Assembly (NCBI GenBank): GCA_028826165.1
Contig: JAPDFW010000053.1
Coordinates: 1 to 64,000 of the forward strand
Reading direction: 5' to 3'
Length of the DNA stretch: 64,000 nucleotides
DNA from: Anaeramoeba ignava BMAN
Lineage: Eukaryota > Protista > Anaeramoebae
The translations under genes and the position numbers were made by a program. Shown one piece after another: positions 52,362 through 64,000 of this stretch (positions are counted from its first letter, which is position 1; each line of letters begins with the position of its first letter). Below the pieces are notes generated by a model. The model was not told the origin of the DNA. It made no database searches and saw only the letters and a list, made by a program, of their open reading frames with translations.

Positions 52362-53521
52362 TTTAATTTAAATTATAAATTAATTTAAAAATATAATTTA
52401 ATATTTAGTTCTATTATTAAAATAATAATTTAATGTTTTAGATTTAAATATTTTATTATTTAATTATTTAACATATAAATATAAAAAATGAAAATAAATT
52501 TAATTTAATATTTAATTTATAAATTAATTTAAAAATATAATTTAATATTTAATTTTATTATTAAACTAATAATAATTTAATATTTAATTTTATGTTTAAA
52601 ATAATAATTTATTGTTTTAAATTTAAATATTTTATTATTAAAATATTTAACATATAAATATAAAAATAAGAATAGATTTAATTTAATATTTAATTTATAA
52701 ATTAATTTAAAAATATAATTTAATATTTAATTTTATTATTAAAATAATAATTTAATGTTTTTAGATTTAAATATTTTATTATCTAAATATTTAACATATA
52801 AATATAAAAAATAAGAATAGATTTAATTTAATATTTAATTTATAAATTAATTTAGAAATATAATTTAATATTTAATTTTATGTTTAAAATAATAATTTAA
52901 TGTTTTAGATTTAAATATTTTTATTATTTAAATATTTAACATAAAAATATAAAAATAAGAATAGATTTAATTTAATATTTAATTTATAAATTAATTTATA
53001 AATATAATTTAATATTTAATTCCATGTTTAAAATAATAATTTAATGTTTTAGATTTAAATATTTTATTATTTAAATATTTAGCATATAAATATAAAAATG
53101 AAAATAGATTTAATTTAATATTTAATTTATAAATCAATTTAAAAATATAATTTAATATTTAATTTTATTATTAAAATAATAATTTATTGTTTTAGATTTA
53201 AATATTTTATTATTTAAATATTTAACATATAAATATAAAAATAAGAATAAATTTAATTTAATATTTAATTTATAAATTAATTTAAAAAAATATAATTTAA
53301 TATTTAATTTTATTATTAAAATAATAATTTAATGTTTTTAGATTTAAATATTTTATTATTTAAATATTTAACATATAAATATAAAAATAAGAATAGATTT
53401 AATTTAATATTTAATTTATAAATTAATTTAAAAATATAATTTAATATTTAATTCCATGTTTTAAAATAATAATTTAATGTTTTAGATTTAAATATTTTAT
53501 TATTGAAAAATATTTTGAAAA
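52362..53521 (-). repeat. Left inverted array, ~8 copies of the ~144-bp unit
   Basis: Recurring AATAGATTTAATTTAATATTTAATTTATAAATTAATTT..GTTTTAGATTTAAATATTTTATTATTTAAATATTTAACATATAAATAT. Confidence 0.9.
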
Positions 53522-53997
53522 AATAAATGAATAAAATATTTTAATTAAATTAATTTAAAAATGGAATAAAAGATTATTAAATAATTAAATTTAAAACTAA
53601 TTTTATTTTATATATTTTATTAACATTTATTTATCTAAAATAATATAAAAATAATTCCCAATGATTTAATAAAATTGAAAAGAAAATTGTAATATTTTAA
53701 TAAAGATAAATAATGGATTTTAATAATAATTAATAATAAATTATAATTAATTGATTTCCTATTTTATATTTTATAAAATATTTTACAATTAATAATAATT
53801 AATTTATCTTTTCAATTTTTTTATTTTTTTGAAAAGAAAAATTTAAATTTAATCTTATTTTTAATCATATTTTTAAATCAAAATTAACTTAATTGAAATT
53901 ATATTTGTTTTCTTATTTATTGATTTGAAGAATTTAATTTGATTGAAAGTAAATTAAAATTGAATTAAATTTTGAAAAAAAAATTAAAAAATAATTT

Positions 53998-56900
53998 TTA
54001 AATGAAATAAGTCTCAAGTTCATCAACAACCCATTCATTAAAAGAACCAGCTAAATAACTTTTAGCTTCATTTGTATCATATTTAATTCCATTAGGTAGA
54101 TTATAACTTTGACCAAAATTTGATTCACCAGATTGTAAATCAGAATCTATCCAAATATCATCTATAAATATTTTAATAAAGATAAATAATTAATTTTAAT
54201 AATAATTAATAATAATTTAATTTAAAAATTAATTTTATTTTAAATTGAAATAATAATATTATTTATTATATTAATATTTTGGATTATTTATTAATTTTAT
54301 TTTAATTATAATAATAAATATTTATTAAATATAAATTATTTACCATCTATTTTAATAAAGATAAATAATTAATTTTAATAATAATTAATAATAATTTAAT
54401 TTAAAAATTTTATTTTATTTTAAATTAAAATAATAATATTATTTATTATATTAATATTTTGGATTATTTATTAATTTAATTTTAATTATAATAATAAATA
54501 TTTATTAAATATAAATTATTTACCAACTATTTTAATAAAAGATAAATGATTAATTTTAATTATAATTAATAATAATTTAATTTAAAATTAATTTTATTTT
54601 AAATTGAAATAATAATATTATTTATTATATTAATATTTTTGGATTTATTTATTAATTTAATTTTTAATTATAATAATAAATATTTATTAAATATAAATTA
54701 TTTACCATCTATTTTAATAAAGATAAATAATTAATTTTTAATAATTAATAATAATTTAATTTAAAATTAATTTTATTTTTAAATTGAAATAATAATATTA
54801 TTTATTATATTAATATTTTAGATTATTTATTAATTTAATTTTAATTATAATAATAAATATTTATTAAAATAATAATTATTTACCATCTATTTTTTAATAA
54901 AGATAAATAATTAATTTTTAATAATAATTAATAATAATTTAATTTAAAATTTTATTTTATTTTAAATTAAAAATAATAATATTATTTATTATATTAATAT
55001 TTTGGATTATTTATTAATTTAATTTTAATTATAATAATAAATATTTATTAAATATAAATTATTTTACCAACTATTTTAATAAAGATAAATGATTAATTTT
55101 TAATTTATAATTAATAATAATTTTAATTTAAAATTTAATTTTATTTTAAATTGAAATAATAATATTATTTATTATATTAATATTTTGGATTATTTATTAA
55201 TTTAATTTTAATTATAATAATAAATATTTATTAAATATAAATTATTTACTCCCTATTTTAATAAAGATAAATAATTAATTTTAATAATAATTAATAATAA
55301 TTTAATTTAAAAATTAATTTTATTTTAAAATTGAAATAATAATATTATTTATTATATTAATATTTTAGATTATTTATTAATTTAATTTTAATTATAATAA
55401 TAAATATTTATTAAATATAAATTATTTACCATCTATTTTAATAAAGATAAATGATTAATTTTTAATTATAATTAATAATAATTTAATTTAAAATTAATTT
55501 TTATTTTTAAATTTAAATAATAATATTATTTATTATATTAATATTTTGGATTATTTATTAATTTAATTTTAATTATAATAATAAATATTTATTAAATATA
55601 AATTATTTACTCCCTATTTTAATAAAAGATAAATAATTAATTTTAATAATAATTAATAATAATTTAATTTAAAATTTAATTTTATTTTAAATTTAAATAA
55701 TAATATTATTTATTATATTAATATTTTGGATTATTTATTAATTTAATTTTAATTATAAATAATATATATTTATTAAATATAAATTATTTACTCCCTATTT
55801 TAATAAAGATAAATAATTAATTTTAATAATAATTAATAATAATTTAATTTAAAATTTAATTTTATTTTAAATTGAAATAATAATATTATTTATTATATTA
55901 ATATTTTAGATTATTTATTAATTATAATAATATATATTTATTAAATAATAGATTATTTATATTTACATCCAAAACTTGGACCATAATCTAAATCATATTC
56001 AATTGCATATTCTTCTTCTCCTTGTTTAATTGTAAACTTTTCAGGTTTTCTATCTCCTTTATCATTTCTTAATGAAAAAATAAATGCATTTGAATCAATA
56101 ATATATCCCCAATCATAATTATCTTCTCTCCATTTTGATTTATCATTTGTCCATCCAACTTGAGTAAAACCTCCAAAAATGAAATCCTCTGTTGTTTTGA
56201 TAATAATTAATGTTTTTCCTTTATTATCAACTGCTTTATGCCAATTTTTAGAATTAAATCCATCTCTTTTTGCTGAAAATCCTTTTTTCATTTTAGAAAA
56301 AAAATTATTATCATTTATCCATTGTTTTAATTTCTTAACATATCCTTTTTCTTTAATAATTTCTGAATCTGAAAATTGAGGTAAAATCTTCAATAATTCA
56401 TTTTGGTTTTGTTTTGATTCTTCTTTTTGATTTTCTTTTTCAAATAATAATTTAATATTTTGAATTTCTTCATCTTTTTGTTTGAGAATTTTATCTTTCT
56501 TTTCATTTTCTTGTTTTTGGTTTTCATTTTCTGATTTTAAATTTTGATTTTCTTTTTCTTTCTTTTGAATTTCTTGTTTCAAATTTTGATTTTCAGATTC
56601 AAATGATTTGATTTTCTTTTCTTTCTTTTCATTTTCTTTTTCTTTCTTTACATTTTCTTGTTTGAGATTTTGATTTTCTGATTCAAATGACTTAATTTTT
56701 TTATCTTTTTCTTTGATTCTTTTTATCTCTTCTTTTAATTTTCTTTTCATTTTGTTTGATTTTCTTATCTTTTTCTTGATCTTGAATTTGAAAAATAGTT
56801 CTTTCAAAATGAATTAAAAAATAATTTGGAAGAAAAATATCAAATTGTTTTAATTTATCAAAATCTTGTTTTGAAATTGAATCTTTATCAAATAATGAAA

Positions 56901-57622
56901 AAAAAGAATGAAATAATCTTTTCTTTTCATTCATTTTGTGTTTATATTTCCTTAATTTTAATCTTTTAACTCTTTTTTCAATCCAATTATTTAAAAATTG
57001 AAAAAAATCAAATTGAAAAATTTCTTTTTTTTCTTGTTTAAATTGAATAAATTTGATAATTTCTTCTTTAGTTAAATTGAATAAATTTTCATTATTTTGA
57101 ATTTGGGAAAATTTTTGATTTATTAATTCAAAACATTTTATTTCAATTTCATTTGAATTTAAATTTCGATTTTGGAATAAAAATTGGAAAAATTTGAATA
57201 ATTAATTGAATTTGAAATTTTTGAATAATTTCTTTCAATAAATTTAATTTAAAATAAATTGAAATTTCTAATAATTGAATAAGATTTTCTTGATTCTCAA
57301 AAGAAATATTTCCATAATAAATATAACTCAAAAATTGATTCCATTTTCTTTTTATTAAATTGATTTAAAGAAATAAAAGAGATTCTTGCCTTAAAAACTC
57401 ATTAAAAAGAGATCTTGAAGATAAAATTGATTTATGAACTTTAATTTCAAAAGGATTTGATTTATTCTCAACAAAAATTGAAAAATCTTTAAATGAATTT
57501 CCATTTAAAAGGTTTGAATAATTTTCAATTAAATTTTTGTTACTTTTTCTAAATTTTTCTTTTCATTTTCATTTTCATTTTGATTTTGCATTTTGAATTT
57601 GGTTATTATTATTATTATCCAT
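53998..57622 (-). CDS. BTB - BACK-like - coiled-coil - TLDc protein (frameshifted in this consensus; possibly a pseudogene)
   Basis: ATG 57622; BTB ~57200-57540; KE/QN coiled coil; TLDc (FSAKRDGF..WHKAVDNKGKTLIIIKT..IFGGFT..DSNAFIFSL..GPSFG). Spliced from 55967 to the last exon 54161-53998 (YDIWIDSDLQ..SNFGQSY..YLAGS..VDELETYFI*). Confidence 0.8.
54162..55966 (-). repeat. Ten tandem ~180-bp GT..AG intron units separated by nine 3-nt candidate micro-exons
   Basis: GATAAAT anchor recurs at 54181, 54360, 54541, 54722, 54902, 55084, 55266, 55446, 55628 and 55808. Each junction reads TAG-NNN-GTAAA on the minus strand. Confidence 0.9.
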
Positions 57623-57995
57623 TTTGTTTTTTGTTTTTGTTTTTGTTTTTGTTTTTGTTTTAAAGAAAAAGGAAAAATGAAAAAAAATTTAAAAATTTAA
57701 AAATTGGATTTTGAAAATAAATAAAAATATAAAAATGAGAATAAATTTAAATTAATAATTAATTTAATTTTCTTTTTAATTTATTATTTTAAATTAATTT
57801 ATTAATAAATTATTATTATTTTTATTAATTTTTATTATTAAAAAAAAGGAAAATTATTTTAATTTAATTTTTAATTTAATTTTTTTTTGGAATTTAAAAA
57901 TTATTAATAAATTTAAATTTTAAAACAAATTTTCTAAATTAATATTAATTCAATTTAATTCAAAAAAAAGATAAAATTTTAATTTCAAAAATCAA

Positions 57996-58975
57996 TTTTC
58001 AAAATATTTTTAAATAATAAAATATTTAAATCTAAAACATTAAATTATTATTTTAAACATAAAATTAAATATTAAATTATATTTTTAAATTAATTTATTA
58101 AATTAAATATTAAATTAAATCTATTCTTATTTTTATATTTATATGTTAAATATTTAAATAATAAAATATTTAAATCTAAAACAATAAATTATTATTTTAA
58201 TAATAAAATTAAATATTAAATTATATTTTTAAATTGATTTATAAATTAAATATTAAATTAAATCTATTTTCATTTTTATATTTATATGTTAAATATTTAA
58301 ATAATAAAATATTTAAATTTAAAACAATAAATTATTTAATAATAAAATTAAATATTAAATTATATTTTTAAATTAATTTATAAATTAAATATTAAATTAA
58401 ATCTATTCTCATTTTTATATTTATATGTTAAATATTTAAATAATAAAAATATTTGAATCTAAAACAATAAATTATTATTTTAAACATGGAATTAAATATT
58501 AAATTAAATTTTTAAATTAATTTATAAATTAAATATTAAATTAAATCTGTTCTTATTTTTTATATTTTATATGCTAAATATTTTAAATAATAAAATATTT
58601 AAATCTAAAAAACAATAAATTATTATTTTAATAATAAAATTAAATATTAAATTATATTTTTAAATTAATTTATAATTAAATATTAAATTAAATCTATTCT
58701 TATTTTTGATATTTATATGTTAAATATTTAAATAATAAAATATTTAAATCTAAAACAATAAATTATTATTTTAATAATAGAATTAAATATTAAATTATAT
58801 TTTTAAATTAATTTATAAATTAAATATTAAATTTATTCTATTTCCATTTTTTATATTTTTATGTTAAATATTTAAATAATAAAATATTTAAATCTAAAAC
58901 AATAAATTATTATTTTAATAATAAAATTAATTATTAAATTATATTTTTAAATTAAATTATAAATATTAAATTAAA
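57996..58975 (+). repeat. Right inverted array, ~6.8 copies of the ~144-bp unit
   Basis: Same unit and orientation as 20686-21305; reverse complement of 52362-53521. Confidence 0.9.
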
Positions 58976-59123
58976 TTTCTGAATAAATTTTACAAGATTT
59001 TCAATAAAAAAAATCAATTTAAAAAAAGTGGAATTTTGAATTTTGAATTTTGATTTAATTTTGAATTATTTCTTAAACCAAAATAAACGGAAAAAAAAAG
59101 GAAAAGAAACAAAATCATTTTTC

Positions 59124-61180
59124 TCAAAAGAAAAGGAAAAAGAATAAAAGAGCCATTCCAAATAGAATTGAATTAATTGAAGCAGAAGAAGCATCAAATT
59201 GATAAGATGTTTGAAATGTATAATTTGCAATATAAGAATTAATTGTGTAGTCAAATTTTTCATTATTAATTCCTTCAACTCTCACTACAAATTGTGTTCC
59301 AACTCCTGAACTAAATGATTTAATGAAATAATTATAATCTGTTCTACTTAAATCATACCAAACTCCATTAGATTTTACTGAAATCATATTAATTCCAATT
59401 CTTGAATCTCTAACTTGAAAAGCAACCCACCTTTTTCAAATTGATTTTCATTTTGATTTTGATTTTAATTTTGATTTTCATTTTGATTTTAATTTTGATT
59501 TTAATTTTGATTTTGATTTTGATTTTGATTTTGATTTTGATTTTGATTTTAAATTTAATTTTAATTTTAATTTTAATTTTAATTTTAATTTTAATTTTAA
59601 TTTTAATTTTGATTTTAATTTTGATTTTAATTTTAATTTTGATTTTAATTTTAATTTTGATTTTGATTTTAATTTTAATTTTAATTTTGATTTTAATTTT
59701 GATTTTGATTTTGAATTTAATTTTAATATTAATTTTGAATTTAATTTTAATCTTGATTTTGATTTTAATTTTAATTTTAATTTTGAAAATTATTTACCAT
59801 TCATTTGAACCATTTTTTGTATGAATTTGAAAACCAGGAAGACCACTAACATCACAATCAACATATTCCCATGAAATATCAATTCTTCCATCTCCCATTG
59901 GAGCAAGCATTGCAAAAGCATCTTCAGATAAATCAAGATCACCAGATAAACATTCCTTTGAAATAGAATTTTATAATAATTTTTTCTCAGTTATAGATCA
60001 AAATGGAAAAAAATATATAAAAAAACACAATTTGAAACTTACTGGACATTTATCTACAATTTGAACTGTAACAGGATTTTTCTATTTTCCACAAAAATTA
60101 TTAATTGATTTAATATTTATTTAATATTGATTTAATATTGATTTAATATTGATTTAATATTTATTTAATATTTATTTAATATTGATTTAATATTTATTTA
60201 ATATTGATTTAATATTGATTTAATATTGATTAAATATTGATTTAATATTGATTTAATATTGATTTAATATTTATTTAATATTTATTTAATATTGATTTAA
60301 TATTGATTTAATATTTATTTAATATTGATTTAATATTGATTTAATATTGATTTAATATTTATTTAATATTTATTTTTAAAAATTTATTTAATATTTTATT
60401 TAATATTTGATTTAATATTGATTTAATATTGATTTAATATTGATTTTAATATTGATTTAATATTTTAAATATTGATTAAATATTGATTTATTATTTATTT
60501 AATATTTATTTAATATTTATTTAATATTAATTTAATATTGATTTAATATTTATTTAATATTTATTTAATATTGATTTAATATTAATTTAATATTGATTTA
60601 ATATTGATTTAATATTTATTTAATATTGATTTAATATTGATTTAATATTGATTTAATATTGATTTAATATTTATTTAATATTGATTTAATATTGATTTAA
60701 TATTGATTTAATATTTATTTAATATTGATTTAATATTGATTTAATATTGATTTAATATTTATTTAATATTTAATTTTGATTTAATATTGATTTAATATTT
60801 ATTTAATATTTATTTGATATTGATTTTAAATAAAATTTACATAAGAAGGATTATCTGGATAAGGTCCCCATATTTTTGCACATCTTCCACAATTATTACT
60901 TCCATCCCAATCCTTTATTAAAAAAAATTAAATTAAATTAAATTAAATTAAATTAAATTAAAAAAAATTAAATTAAATTAAATTTTGATGAAATTTTCTT
61001 ATTGAATATTTTTTTTTTAATCACTGGTTGATTTAAAGCAGCAACAAGTAATGGATTAGCATTACTTTCATCAAAAGAACAAGTTCCTCCTCCTGTTGCA
61101 TTATAAAAAGTACCATCACCTGTAAATAAACAAAATAATTGAGAAAATAAAATTACAAAAAGAAACAGTTTTAAAATCAT
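59124..61180 (-). CDS. Expansin-like (EXLX/YoaJ-type) secreted protein with hydrophobic C-terminal (GPI-like) signal
   Basis: Signal peptide; DPBB domain (GDGTFY..GTCSF..AALN..CGRC..VQIVDKCPEC..DLDLS..AF..GRIDISW); CBM63-like domain (NGSNEWWVAFQVR..RTDYNYF); tail ASSAS..LFGMALLFFFLFF. Four introns, including 60082-60840 of (ATTGATTTAAT)n. Confidence 0.88.
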
Positions 61181-61250
61181 TTTATTTTTGATTTATTTAA
61201 AAAAAGAAAAATGAAAAAATTTTTTTCTCCTTTTTTTTTTTCTTTAATTT

Positions 61251-62203
61251 TCATTTCATTTTTTCTTCAAGTTTTTCCATTTCAAATTCAATTATTTCTC
61301 GAAATTTTTCTGTCATTGTTTTTGATCTATTTTTTCCTTTATATTTTCTTTTACTTCTTATTTTTCGATTTTGATTTGGAAGATTTCTTTTTTTAAAATT
61401 TCGAAATTCTTTTGGATTATTAATTTCAAAAGTATTTTTTTGAATTGATTTTTTTGATAAATTTTTTATAAACAGTTCTTTTGATTCTTCAGTTAATTTT
61501 TGATAGAAAATTGTTTTGTTTTGAAATGAATTGAAAATATAATTGAAATATTTTGGTTCATTTTCAATTCTTTCAATTAATAATATTTTCCAAATATTCA
61601 AAGCAAATTTTTGAGAATCTAAAAAGAAAAAAAAGATAAATTATTTTATAAATAAATCACAATATTTTTTTTTTGAAATAAAGTACTTTCTTTTCCTAAA
61701 ATAGAAGAAAATATAGATTCAATTTCAAATCCATTTTTAATTTCTGATAGAAATTGAAATAACCGATTGATTTCAAAATCTGTGAAGAAATTATCAGGAA
61801 AATTATTCAATTTCATTTCATTGATTATTTTTTGATGAATTTGAAAATTTTGTTGAATTCTCATAAATCGAGAATTGCTTTCTTGATTATTTGTATTTGA
61901 ATTTAAAATGTTTTCAAGAGAAAGTTCCTGCAAATTTGTAGATTGTAATATCAATTCTTTAAGAATTTCTTTTAACTTATTTTGTGGGAAAATCGGAAAA
62001 TGATTTTCTCTTTCATAAAAAAAAATTGGATTCATTTCTTTTTGGAGATTTTCTTTGTTTTCTTGTTCATTTTGTTTTTCTAAATCATTCTTTAATTCTT
62101 TTTCATTCCAATTAAATTTTTTTAAAATATTTTGAAGAAATTTATCAATATTTTTTGAATATTTTTTAAATTCTTTAATTTCTAAATTCATTTCATTTTC
62201 CAT
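61251..62203 (-). CDS. Hypothetical protein (two exons; 3' end uncertain)
   Basis: ATG 62203 preceded by a TCATTTTT motif; ORFs 61646-62203 and 61251-61601 are linked by a short GT..AG intron near 61619-61660; no recognisable domain. Confidence 0.5.
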
Positions 62204-62481
62204 TTTTATAAATTAAATAATAAATAAAATAAAAAGAAAAAATGAAATTTTTATTTTTAATTTTTATTTTAAATTTTTATTTTAAATTTTTCTTTTTTAT
62301 TGAAACCATTTTTTTAGAATTTTGATTAATTCATTATTAAAACAAATATTCAACCCAAGAAAGAAAAATAACATTTTGATTTAAAAAAAAAATATAATAT
62401 TTGATTTCCAAAAAAAAAAGTGGAACAAAAAAAAATCAAAAAATAAATTTTCTTTTTTCTTTTTTTCTTTGTTTTTTTGTT

Positions 62482-64000
62482 TTAAAATTTTTTAAGTCCA
62501 CCAATTCCAGCAACATCTTCTTCAAAAGTAAATCCTTTAAAAGCGTTATTATCTCTTCCCATATAACTAATTTCTGGAACTGATTCTTGGATATTTTCTT
62601 GAGTAAATTCTCTGTCAAAATTACTTGTATCATAAACATTTTTTACTTTTGGTTTAAAAGGAGCTGATGTTTGTTTTGAAAATAATTTTTCCCAATCAAT
62701 TTTTTCAAAGAATTGATGTTTTTTAATCATTTCACTATCTTCTTTTCCTGATCCATATCTCTTTACTGGATCTCTAATTAATAACTGAAAAAGAAATGAA
62801 ATTGAAAATGTCAAATTATTAGAAAAAAAATTGAAATAAAATTGAGAATGTCAAGTTATTAGAAAAAAAAAAATTGAATTTTAAAAATTTTGTTTGTTTG
62901 TATTTTTTTTACACCAGATATTAAATTTCTTGCTGAACTTGAAAGTCCTGGTGGAAATTTTAATGTTGCTGTTAAAATTTTTTGATACATTAAATTGAGA
63001 TTTTCTGAATAAAATGGAGGAAGACCAACAAGCATTTCATAAATTAATATTCCAAGACTCCACCAATCAACAGGTTTTCCATATCCTTCATCTTTTAATA
63101 CTTCAGGAGCTTTTCAAGAAGAATAATTTTATTTGATTAATTTTAAATTTTAAATTTTAAATTTTAAATTTAATTTTACCAAGATATTCTGGTGTTCCAC
63201 AAAAAGTGTTTGTTTTTCCATCTTTTCTTTTCGAAATATTCATTTTAACTAATCCAAAATCAGTTATTCTAAGATGACCATCAGATCCAATTAAAATATT
63301 TTCTGGTTTTAAATCACTAAAAAATTAAAAATTAAAAATTAAAAATTAAAAATTAAAATTAAAATTAAAATTAAAAATTAAAATTAAAATAAAAAATACC
63401 GATAAACAATATCCATTTTATGAAGATGTTCTAAAGCAAGTGTAATTTCTGCTGCATAAATTCTTACAACATCTTCTGAAAAAGTTCCAAGTTTCTTTAA
63501 GTGAAAAAACAATTCTCCTCCATCAACATAATCAAGAATCATGTATAATCTTTCTTCTGTTTGAAATGAATAGTGAAGTGATACTAAAAATGGATGTGTT
63601 GTTCTCATTAATACATTTCTTTCTGACATTGTTTGTTCTATTTGTTGAGTTTCAGCTAATTTTCCTTTTTGTAATGCTTTCATTGCATAAAATTGTTGAT
63701 TGCTAATTTTTTGAACCAAATATACCTTTTTAAATTTTTGAATTTTTTTTTTATTAAAATTAATCATTCACATGAAAGGAGATAAAATTTAAATTAAAAT
63801 AAAAATTAAATTTACTTTTCCAAATGTTCCTCTTCCAATCACTCTTACTTTCTTAAAATCTTTCATACTCACTTTATCATGAACTTCTGATTTAATTACA
63901 ACTGAAATTTTCTGAATCCAATCATCTCGATCTTCATCAGAACATGCAGAAAGTAAATAAATTCTTTGGCCTGGAATTTCTAAATTAAAGCAATGTTTCT
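62482..64000 (-). CDS. PH-domain AGC kinase, Akt/PKB-like (5' end outside the window)
   Basis: PH end (DRDDWIQKI), [16 protein letters not shown]|[20 protein letters not shown]|APE, DWWSLG, PFKP and hydrophobic motif FKGFTF. Confidence 0.92.

Larger units (their letters stand above)
52362..58975. mobile_element. Putative non-autonomous foldback-like element: ~1-kb modular terminal inverted repeats enclosing a BTB-TLDc gene
   Basis: Left array 52362-53521 is the reverse complement of right array 57996-58975. The inner boundaries match (TATTTTGAAAA / TTTTCAAAATA) and the outer ends are in the same register. No transposase and no clear TSD. Confidence 0.6.

Noticed and set aside
54162-55966. 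180-bp array as a centromeric satellite (nucleosome-length period)
   Set aside because: Only ten copies, confined exactly between the splice sites of one gene, and each unit carries splice signals; period length alone is not evidence.
52362-58975. 144-bp and 180-bp arrays as CRISPR arrays
   Set aside because: The context is eukaryotic, the units are contiguous without unique spacers, and there are no cas genes.
5787-59824. Numerous ORF-track calls made of IL, FN, FD, KI, YL or FCV repeats
   Set aside because: They are translations of intronic or intergenic microsatellites, or antisense shadows of QN/SK-coding repeats.

Overview
Extremely AT-rich, intron-containing eukaryotic DNA from a protist. 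The QN/EN low-complexity proteins, BTB/TLDc genes, TCATTT initiator-like motifs and MLS-type organellar presequence fit an Anaeramoeba-like metamonad, but this is inferred, not proven. About 16 protein genes use the standard code, with spliceosomal introns often filled by simple repeats and many homopolymer-adjacent frameshifts that look like long-read consensus errors. The genes encode an RCC1/F-box/Arf fusion, a mitochondrial carrier, a giant RNF213-like AAA+ protein, a BTB fragment, a CAP-Gly/LisH/RasGEF, Vps18, DDX20/Gemin3, a large CH-like protein, a 3xRRM protein, clathrin light chain, nitroreductase, a divergent uL10/P0, PDI, a BTB-coiled-coil-TLDc protein, a GPI-type expansin, an unknown protein and a PH-AGC (Akt-like) kinase. 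The most striking structure is a ~6.6-kb foldback-like cassette (52362-58975) bounded by ~1-kb inverted arrays of a ~144-bp unit and carrying the BTB-TLDc gene. The 1.8-kb 'intron' inside its TLDc domain is ten tandem ~180-bp GT..AG intron units separated by nine 3-nt candidate micro-exons (GGA/ATG/TTG), and no combination of them breaks the frame or creates a stop. A deleted copy of the same cassette lies at 20222-21305.
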